The position numbers and the translations under genes are program-made. 5,749 nucleotides of DNA from a plasmid. Each line of letters begins with the position of its first letter. The first letter of the stretch is position 1. Below the pieces are notes generated by a model that saw nothing but the letters and a program-made list of their open reading frames with translations, searched no databases and was not told the origin of the DNA. The stretch is taken from sequence record NZ_CP102537.1. The stretch is one strand, 5' to 3'. Below are positions 1 to 4,973 of the stretch, one piece after another.

Positions 1-196
1 GACACCGAAAGAGCCAACGAAGAACGCGGACGAGGAGGGCCGAAACAATTCCAAAACGAAAGTGCGCAGCTTCAGTGTCCGCCTTGACCTTTGGGAGAAG
101 CTGGACACCTATCGAATCACACACCGCACCAAATCTGGGACAATCCCCTCGGCTTCAAGCATAGTAAACGAAGCCCTTGAAGCCTACCTCAAATGA
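1..196 (+). CDS. 3'-partial CDS entering from before position 1, read in the frame of position 2, stop TGA at 194-196. Translation: ...TPKEPTKNADEEGRNNSKTKVRSFSVRLDLWEKLDTYRITHRTKSGTIPSASSIVNEALEAYLK*. C-terminal ribbon-helix-helix-like fold, with a putative beta-strand (KVRSFSVRL) followed by two helices. Candidate ParG-type partition adaptor/repressor.
   Basis: Hand translation of frame 2 shows no stops from position 2 to 196. The basic-strand/helix/helix pattern is typical of small RHH proteins. It continues in frame the partial ORF at 5688-5749 if the sequence is circular. Confidence 0.5.
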   Translation, partial: TPKEPTKNADEEGRNNSKTKVRSFSVRLDLWEKLDTYRITHRTKSGTIPSASSIVNEALEAYLK

Positions 197-275
197 CTAT
201 GACACTATCAACTATGACACTATGACACTATCAACTATGACACTATCAACTATTACACCATGACACTCATAGTTG
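194..275. repeat. Iteron-like direct-repeat array: five perfect copies of ATGACACT at 199, 214, 222, 237 and 260, and one degenerate copy ATTACACC at 252. Three copies are separated by the 7-bp spacer ATCAACT, giving a 15-bp period. The array is closed by an inverted element TCATAGTTG at 267-275, which is the reverse complement of CAACTATGA.
   Basis: Read directly from the sequence. It lies between two convergent genes, the RHH ORF stop at 194-196 and the rep stop at 253-255, and overlaps the last codons of rep. Confidence 0.85.
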
Positions 276-1737
276 GCAGATAGTCCCCCGGTTTGGCTTC
301 GCCATCAGCTATGGCGTCCTGCTGTTCGTCAGTGAGTATGACGCCACCGGGCAAGAGCCGTGCGACTTCCTGCCAGTCTTCGCGTTCGGCGGCATCCAAT
401 GCGTCGGCCAGTGTCTCAGGCGCACTCTTGCGAATGTCTTTGTAAACCCGATTCGGCACGACATAGCCGACCAGACCGGGCAGTTCGTCGGCTTTCTCCG
501 CCAGCTCCTCGTCTTCCAGTTCCTCGACCTCCATGTCTTCCTTGAGGCCACGCGACCATGTTATGCAGCGGCGGCGCAGAGTGGCCTGCCAGTATTCGAG
601 CCAGAGATCTTCGCGCTGGAAATCGGACAGCCCGAGGCACCCGGAGTCCAGCAATTGGAACGGGTTAACCGACCCCATACGACCATTCTTGATATCGCCG
701 CGCGCGATTTCCTGAGCCAGAGTGACGCCGCCTTTGTCGCCTTGAATCTTGGTGATGTATTCGGCCGCAGCGGTTCCGGCGTCCTTGCCCGACTTGAATT
801 GCAGATCTATGCCGTGTTCGTCGTTCGGGGCGACGTTGTAGGGGTTGCCGTCTTTTTTCTTGTATGCCTTGGCAACGCGCTTGACCATGGTTTTCCAGCG
901 ATCGAGCAGCCATTGCTGCATTGCCTCACGCTGCCCATCGTCCAGATCGCCATCGAGAAACATGACGAAATGAATGTGAGGGTGCCAGCCGTTCACACCG
1001 TAGGTGATTTCAATCGCGCGGACGAAACCCCTGATTTTCCAACGTTCCGAGGCCCGTTGCCAAGGGCTTCCGTTAATCATCTTCGTCCAGCCCTTGAGGA
1101 TTGCGTCAAGGGTCATGGCCAGCGGCATTGTCCGATCATGGCGCAGGGTGAGGGTGCCGAAGATGTAGTTTCCGAAGCTGTCGGACACCATGAGTTCCGG
1201 CGGCAGACGCTGCCCCTCATGTTCTGCCTGCCATTGGTCGGCGGCGGCTTTCCTCAGTTTCTCGGCATGGTTCCCGATGGCGAGGGCGACCTCGTGGGCG
1301 CGTTCGTGGCGAATGATTGCCGAGCAGGTGGGGCATGCCCAGATCGAGCCGCACAGCATGGTGCCTGTAAACCGGGCTTTCTCGCCGTTGGTCATGACAC
1401 CCACGCCGGTGTCCACCGGTTGGCCGCAGCGTGCGCAGCGCGGCAGCTTAATCGGCTCGAATCCGAGCGTTTCGCCACCGGCATGACGGACGAGAATCTT
1501 TCGGCTTTCAGCGCGGCGACCATACGCCAGACGCCGTAAATCGGTGCGGGAGAGGGAGGGGGTTATTTTATTCGTCTTTTCCCAAGGCGGGCCGCTACGC
1601 GCCCCGCTTGCCGCTTCCGCGGCTACGCCTTGAGGCTTCGCCGCTACTGCGGCGTGCAGCCGTTCGGCGGTCTGGTGCTGGGACGGTGAAGGGACACCCA
1701 TCGGGTTCCACTTCGTCCCCTGAGTTGGTACACTCAT
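253..1737 (-). CDS. rep: Rolling-circle replication initiator (HUH endonuclease superfamily Rep), 494 aa.
   Basis: The three RCR motifs occur in canonical order. Motif 1 is FGTLTL at aa 193-198. Motif 2, the HUH motif, is GWHPHIHFVMF (H252/H254/H256, nt 970-984). Motif 3 is AAEYITK with catalytic-Tyr candidate Y327 (nt 757-759). An N-terminal CxxC...C...CxxC cluster (C101, C104, C129, C135, C138) is zinc-ribbon-like. ATG at 1735-1737. The C-terminal tail is acidic. Confidence 0.88.
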   Translation of the reverse strand: MSVPTQGTKWNPMGVPSPSQHQTAERLHAAVAAKPQGVAAEAASGARSGPPWEKTNKITPSLSRTDLRRLAYGRRAESRKILVRHAGGETLGFEPIKLPRCARCGQPVDTGVGVMTNGEKARFTGTMLCGSIWACPTCSAIIRHERAHEVALAIGNHAEKLRKAAADQWQAEHEGQRLPPELMVSDSFGNYIFGTLTLRHDRTMPLAMTLDAILKGWTKMINGSPWQRASERWKIRGFVRAIEITYGVNGWHPHIHFVMFLDGDLDDGQREAMQQWLLDRWKTMVKRVAKAYKKKDGNPYNVAPNDEHGIDLQFKSGKDAGTAAAEYITKIQGDKGGVTLAQEIARGDIKNGRMGSVNPFQLLDSGCLGLSDFQREDLWLEYWQATLRRRCITWSRGLKEDMEVEELEDEELAEKADELPGLVGYVVPNRVYKDIRKSAPETLADALDAAEREDWQEVARLLPGGVILTDEQQDAIADGEAKPGDYLPTMSVMV

Positions 1738-1789
1738 AGTGACGACTTTCTAAAGTTGTAGCCAGCGGTGCAAAGTTTGGCGACCTAGA

Positions 1790-1799
1790 CCGCTAGCGG
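1790..1799. promoter_or_regulatory. Perfect 10-bp palindrome CCGCTAGCGG in the rep upstream region. Possible operator or Rep/regulator binding site.
   Basis: Self-complementary 10-mer lying 53 bp upstream of the rep ATG, between the candidate -35 (TTGAAA, complement of 1802-1807) and -10 elements of a leftward promoter. Confidence 0.3.
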
Positions 1800-1811
1800 A
1801 CTTTCAAGATT

Positions 1812-1848
1812 CCCCCCGGGGTTCCAGCCCCGGGGGGTTTCCTTTTAT
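1812..1848 (+). terminator. GC-rich hairpin: CCCCCCGGGG (1812-1821), loop TTCCAG, CCCCGGGGGG (1828-1837), followed on the + strand by TTTCCTTTTAT. It has intrinsic-terminator geometry on the + strand. It also lies 16 nt downstream of the stop of the leftward FtsK-like gene, so it may act as a terminator or insulator for that operon.
   Basis: Perfect 10-bp stem with a 6-nt loop read from the sequence. The U-tract is present only on the + strand side; the - strand side reads AAUCUUGAAAG. Confidence 0.5.
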
Positions 1849-1863
1849 CAGCTGTGACTCAGT

Positions 1864-2724
1864 TTAAATTACACCCTTGTGATTCGCAACAACGGCCCTT
1901 TCTGCCTCCTCTTCGCTCACGTACGCGAATCGGCACATCACGTCTTCGCCGGTGGCCAGTCCGATGATGGCGCCACCACGACGGGCCGGTGGTATGTCGG
2001 TCGGGGAGGGGGAACCGTCCGGCATGTCGCCCAGTACGGCTCGTGCTGCTTCCGGTGTCTTGACGCGGAAGCAGATACGGTTCTCGCAGTTCTCGCGTAG
2101 TGCCGATGGCAGCGAATCGGTGGTAGGTTTCTGGGTGATGGCGAACAGGAGGAAGCCTCCCGACCGGCCTTTCTGCACTATCTCCGTGGCGGCGGCGGTG
2201 ATTTCCTCGGCCTTGTCTTTCGCCGGCTTGCCGCCCAGTATGCCTTTGGCGTTGAAGAAGCTCTGGCATTCATCGATGATGATCACTTCGAGTGGCGGGC
2301 GTTTATCGGGTTGGACGTTCCAATAGTTCGCGGAACCATACCGCTGACGCATAGAGGCTATACGACATTTCATTTCGTCATCGAGCCTCAGGAGGGTGTC
2401 ATGCACAGTATCAAGATCGCCACGAACGAATGTCGTGGCGTGTTCCGAGAACCAGCCCCAATCGTCGCCGCCCTTGCCGTCAATCACGTGGATATTGCAG
2501 CAGCCGGACAGGTACAGAGCCAATACGATGACCATCATTCCAGCGGTTTTGCCGCTTCCGGGAATGCCTCCCACAACGACTCCGGACGTGTTGGTGACAA
2601 TCAGTGTGGCGTCGTTTCCGTTGGCGAGTTTTCCCACCGTGATCCCGCCGGTTGCTGGGTCGAACGGCCGAAGCCGGAACGGTAGTGGTTCCGGCTTCGT
2701 GTTGTGGTTCCATGGCCATTTCAT
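1864..2724 (-). CDS. FtsK/SpoIIIE-family DNA-translocase ATPase, 286 aa from ATG 2722-2724. Resembles the TraB/TraSA/Tra main transfer proteins of actinomycete plasmids and AICEs. The frame stays open upstream to 2949, but that extension is Arg-rich and probably not coding.
   Basis: Walker A GGIPGSGKTAG. Walker B EVIIIDECQSF. FtsK signature block FLLFAITQKPTTDSLPSALRENCENRICFRVKTPEAARAVLGD, compare the FtsK motif ATQRPS...IKANIPTRIAFQV..DSR.IL. The ATG overlaps the upstream gene's TGA as ATGA (2721-2724). Confidence 0.85.
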   Translation of the reverse strand: MKWPWNHNTKPEPLPFRLRPFDPATGGITVGKLANGNDATLIVTNTSGVVVGGIPGSGKTAGMMVIVLALYLSGCCNIHVIDGKGGDDWGWFSEHATTFVRGDLDTVHDTLLRLDDEMKCRIASMRQRYGSANYWNVQPDKRPPLEVIIIDECQSFFNAKGILGGKPAKDKAEEITAAATEIVQKGRSGGFLLFAITQKPTTDSLPSALRENCENRICFRVKTPEAARAVLGDMPDGSPSPTDIPPARRGGAIIGLATGEDVMCRFAYVSEEEAERAVVANHKGVI

Positions 2725-3293
2725 GCGACCACTCCCGTGATGGGGCGATCTAGAGCGGTCTGGACGGTTTCGCCTGGCGAAAGCTGCAATGTGATTCTGC
2801 CAGGCCTTTTGCTGTCCTCGCTGATTGCGAACGAACGGCAGCGCCATACGCGGGCGTTCAATTGCAATAGTTCCTTGAGATGGTCCGGAGCCATTCCGGC
2901 TTCGCCGCCTCCGTCGAAAAACACGTAGGTGTCGCCCCGTTGCTTCCATGTGGTTGCGGGAATGACGTGTGTCTTGTCCGGGTCGTTGTAAATCTTCGCG
3001 GTACGCAGCGCGGCGCAGGTGTCCACCCGATCAGCTCGGGCGACCATGCCCCAGACGGGCACCATGTACACGATGGCGGGCGAGGCTCCCGACCTTATCG
3101 GACGCCAGAAGATTCCGACGACGAACAAGGCAGCAACGAGGGCGGTGAGTCCCCAGCCGATTGTTTTATAGCCGGCCATGAACAGGACGGCGATCAGTGC
3201 GGCGGGCAGCAGAATGCTGAGGGCAAACGCCGTGCCATAGTCCGGCGACTGCTTCCGCTCTTCAATCTTCTGCTGATCTTGCGTGCTAGTCAT
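2721..3293 (-). CDS. Small membrane protein, 190 aa from ATG 3291-3293. It has two N-terminal transmembrane helices (GTAFALSILLPAALIAVLFMAGY and GWGLTALVAALFVVGIFW) and a roughly 110-aa soluble C-terminal domain. Candidate Spd-like spread protein or membrane partner of the FtsK-like ATPase.
   Basis: Hydrophobic helices read from the translation. GGAGG lies 6 nt upstream of ATG 3293. The alternative GTG start at 3332 would overlap the upstream gene by 47 nt. The stop TGA overlaps the ATG of the ATPase gene. Confidence 0.6.
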   Translation of the reverse strand: MTSTQDQQKIEERKQSPDYGTAFALSILLPAALIAVLFMAGYKTIGWGLTALVAALFVVGIFWRPIRSGASPAIVYMVPVWGMVARADRVDTCAALRTAKIYNDPDKTHVIPATTWKQRGDTYVFFDGGGEAGMAPDHLKELLQLNARVWRCRSFAISEDSKRPGRITLQLSPGETVQTALDRPITGVVA

Positions 3294-3657
3294 TGTCCGC
3301 CTCCGTGAGGTCGAACGAGGCCGAGAGGTCACGCATATACTGTGCCTGCGCGTGACGGGTCATGTAGCGGTCGTGCAGGTACTCCCACGCTGTGGCGGTG
3401 ACGCGCAGCTCATACCATTCGGCACCGTAGACATCGCGGTCGATTATGGTCAGCCAGCGAGGCCAGTCGTCACCGAGGAGATCGCGGGCGACCTGAGCGG
3501 CATCGCCGCGAGTCTCAAAGCTGATTCCGACCATGTTGGCGAGAATCCCATAGCGCACGGCCTTTTCGCCGTCACAGGTGAGATCGAAGCCACAGCGAAG
3601 CGCGTAGTCGAGGAGCTTTCGGTCGAGCTCCAATGTGAACGTGTCTTCTTTTTCCAT
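3286..3657 (-). CDS. Hypothetical protein, 123 aa, with no motif I can recognise.
   Basis: ATG at 3655-3657 preceded by GGAGG, 5-nt spacing. It directly abuts the stop of the upstream RHH gene (TGA at 3658-3660). Its stop TAG at 3286-3288 lies 2 nt before the next ATG. Coding-like composition. Confidence 0.55.
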   Translation of the reverse strand: MEKEDTFTLELDRKLLDYALRCGFDLTCDGEKAVRYGILANMVGISFETRGDAAQVARDLLGDDWPRWLTIIDRDVYGAEWYELRVTATAWEYLHDRYMTRHAQAQYMRDLSASFDLTEADND

Positions 3658-3825
3658 TCATTCCTCCATTCGAGCGAGCATTGCGGGCACTTCCGCTTCC
3701 ACAAGACGGTTGATGATGCTGGAGCGCGAAGTGTTGGTGTACCCCTCACGCTTGGCCCTATAGACGGCATCGTCCAGAGCGGCGACGGTGGTGCAGGGCA
3801 ATGTGATGCAGATACGGCGAAGCAT
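3658..3825 (-). CDS. Ribbon-helix-helix (CopG/Arc/MetJ-type) DNA-binding protein, 55 aa: MLRRICITLPCTTVAALDDAVYRAKREGYTNTSRSSIINRLVEAEVPAMLARMEE. Likely operon repressor.
   Basis: An N-terminal beta-strand (RICITLP) followed by two helices is the typical RHH layout. ATG at 3823-3825 preceded by GGAGGAGGAG, 5-nt spacing. The longer ORF-track start at 3930 lacks this RBS and would overlap the upstream gene. Confidence 0.6.
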   Translation of the reverse strand: MLRRICITLPCTTVAALDDAVYRAKREGYTNTSRSSIINRLVEAEVPAMLARMEE

Positions 3826-3827
3826 TT

Positions 3828-4223
3828 TCACTCCTCCTCCAACGACGGCATGATGGGCGCTGTATCCAGCTGCATGACCCGTACGGAATCGGCGGTCAGA
3901 GACCATGCGACGCGGCCGTTCCTGACCCACGGAACGACGTGAACGGAGCCGGTCAGCTGGATACGGGAGAGCGGCGGAACAGGCGAGATAGGCGCAGTGA
4001 ACACGGCAAGGCTGACGTTGCTATCCACACCGTTTTCGTCGATGTACTGGCAGGGAATCTGGAAAACCGGGCGACCGTCAACGAGTTTTGGCGTGGTTGT
4101 CACGTGCCCCTGATCGTCGTACGTCATCTTCTGCCGGATAGTGGCGGGGTCGATTCCCCGCGTCGTCTGAAACGCGCCGGGAATGTCGGCGGCGTTCATG
4201 GCGAGGTTCGGACTGAATGGCAT
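3828..4223 (-). CDS. Hypothetical protein, 131 aa from ATG 4221-4223. Composition suggests a beta-rich fold. First gene of the leftward operon.
   Basis: GGGAG RBS 6 nt upstream of ATG 4223. The longer GTG start at 4337 would lie inside the promoter/operator region, upstream of the predicted -10. Stop TGA at 3828-3830 lies 2 nt before the RHH ATG. Confidence 0.5.
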   Translation of the reverse strand: MPFSPNLAMNAADIPGAFQTTRGIDPATIRQKMTYDDQGHVTTTPKLVDGRPVFQIPCQYIDENGVDSNVSLAVFTAPISPVPPLSRIQLTGSVHVVPWVRNGRVAWSLTADSVRVMQLDTAPIMPSLEEE

Positions 4224-4246
4224 GAAAGCTCCCTTCGTGAGTTGTA

Positions 4247-4329
4247 GCTGGGGCACGGGATTGCGCCCCAGCGGACTTTCACCAAACAGCATACAGGCAT
4301 ACCTGTATATTGTCAACAGTTTAAACTGT
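4247..4329. promoter_or_regulatory. Cluster of dyad symmetries in the divergent intergenic region. An 8-bp-stem hairpin GCTGGGGC...GCCCCAGC (4247-4272) falls in the 5'UTR of the leftward operon. The inverted repeat ATACAGGcataCCTGTAT (4291-4308) sits inside the promoter spacer. A perfect 14-bp palindrome ACAGTTTAAACTGT lies at 4316-4329. CTGTAT/ACTGTA motifs recur at 4303-4308, 4325-4330 and 4344-4349. Likely operator sites.
   Basis: Read directly from the sequence. The sites overlap the candidate promoters of both divergent transcription units. Confidence 0.5.
4288..4316 (-). promoter_or_regulatory. Candidate sigma-70-type promoter for the leftward five-gene operon. The -35 TTGACA is the complement of 4311-4316, followed by a 17-nt spacer. 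The -10 TATGCT is the complement of 4288-4293.
   Basis: Perfect -35 hexamer with canonical spacing, read on the minus strand. The spacer contains the inverted repeat ATACAGG-n4-CCTGTAT (4291-4308). Confidence 0.4.
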
Positions 4330-4358
4330 AGGTACACCCTAGACTGTATGATTTAAAC

Positions 4359-4862
4359 ATGAATCAGCCAAAATTCGACATCATTCCCGACGAAACGAAC
4401 CGGGAACACAACACCAGAACCAAAGCGGCACTGGAGCTGCTGGAAAGCAACAAAGAATTACGCGACTGGGCAAAAACCCACTTCCTCGCAGAATTACGCA
4501 ACATGATTACCAATCAGATAGTCGAGGAAGGTCATGAACTCTCAGACGAACTCATGAAGTACGGCGTACGACTGTGCCCCAAAGTCGCCATGGTTTGGAT
4601 CGCCAATGAATTGGAGAACAACGTGGGCGCGATTACAGAATGGCTTGCCGGTTTTGCCTACTGGGAGGGCGACAGCAAGGCAAATCTTGCAAGGGCTGTA
4701 GGAATACGCCAACAAAGCTACGCCACCCATTTCCGGCAGCTAGAAGAAATCGCAGCAGCCCAAAACAAGGCCGACGAAACCGGACAAGACCAAACAATCA
4801 GCCTCCGAGGGGCACCATTCATAATTCACCCCGGACCCAGCGAAGAAGAAGACCAGGAATAA
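4359..4862 (+). CDS. Hypothetical protein, 167 aa, with a helix-turn-helix-like segment (SKANLARAVGIRQQSYATHFRQL) and an acidic C-terminus. Possible regulator. Lower-GC module.
   Basis: Long ORF with coding-like composition and no SD. A TATGAT -10-like hexamer (4347-4352), preceded by TG, ends 6 nt before the ATG, which suggests a leaderless mRNA. Confidence 0.55.
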   Translation: MNQPKFDIIPDETNREHNTRTKAALELLESNKELRDWAKTHFLAELRNMITNQIVEEGHELSDELMKYGVRLCPKVAMVWIANELENNVGAITEWLAGFAYWEGDSKANLARAVGIRQQSYATHFRQLEEIAAAQNKADETGQDQTISLRGAPFIIHPGPSEEEDQE

Positions 4863-4910
4863 GTGTTCTTGTTTTCTTTCATGCGGGATTGTGCGTTCCG
4901 GCCACCGGAG

Positions 4911-4973
4911 AGTCAAATCTTCAAACCGCGAGGCGGTTTGGTGTGTCTATATAGACACACATCAGATTTGACT
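4911..4973. repeat. Nested dyad-symmetry element. Outer 10-bp arms AGTCAAATCT (4911-4920) and AGATTTGACT (4964-4973) enclose a hairpin CAAACCGC-gag-GCGGTTTG (4922-4940) and a perfect 20-bp palindrome GTGTGTCTATATAGACACAC (4941-4960). Candidate centromere/operator for the par module, and/or terminator of the upstream ORF.
   Basis: All symmetries are perfect and were read from the sequence. The element lies 49 bp after the stop of ORF 4359-4862 and about 120 bp before parA. Confidence 0.55.

Noticed and set aside
194-275. Considered whether the short direct repeats could be a CRISPR array
   Set aside because: Units are 8 bp with 0-7-bp invariant spacers. There are no unique spacers and no repeat of CRISPR length.
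309-640. Small ORFs (80, 61, 74, 60 aa) nested in the rep region on both strands
   Set aside because: All lie within the rep coding sequence and have no independent signals. Standalone regulatory peptides are unlikely there.
688-694. CTTGATA, identical to the pC194-family nick-site core, on the + strand inside rep
   Set aside because: A 7-mer is expected about 0.7 times by chance in this window on both strands. It lies mid-gene with no flanking hairpin or inverted repeat.
655-1539. 294-aa ORF on the + strand
   Set aside because: Entirely antisense to the well-supported rep gene. Long open antisense frames are expected in GC-rich coding DNA. It has no RBS or motif support.
2725-2949. 75-codon N-terminal extension of the FtsK-like ORF
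   Set aside because: It is Arg-rich and not protein-like. It overlaps a better-supported frame, the soluble domain of the membrane protein. An ATGA-coupled internal ATG at 2724 gives a sensible gene boundary.
2880-3308. 142-aa + strand ORF, together with the 1952-2326, 2311-2685 and 2396-2740 + strand ORFs
   Set aside because: Shadow ORFs opposite the membrane-protein and FtsK-like genes. They are Gly/Arg/Pro-rich and have no start context.
3283-3942. 219-aa ORF on the + strand
   Set aside because: Antisense to the tightly coupled RHH and 123-aa genes. The protein reads as low-complexity, shadow-frame sequence.
3332-4337. Longer alternative starts proposed by the ORF track: GTG 3332 for the membrane protein, 3930 for the RHH gene, GTG 4337 for the first operon gene
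   Set aside because: Each would create large overlaps with upstream genes or extend into the promoter/operator region. Internal ATGs with strong GGAGG-type RBSs at correct spacing give non-overlapping, coupled genes.
4640-4954. 104-aa + strand ORF overlapping the end of the HTH-protein gene and the palindromic element
   Set aside because: It is out of frame with the supported ORF, Arg/Pro-rich, and runs through a structured non-coding element.
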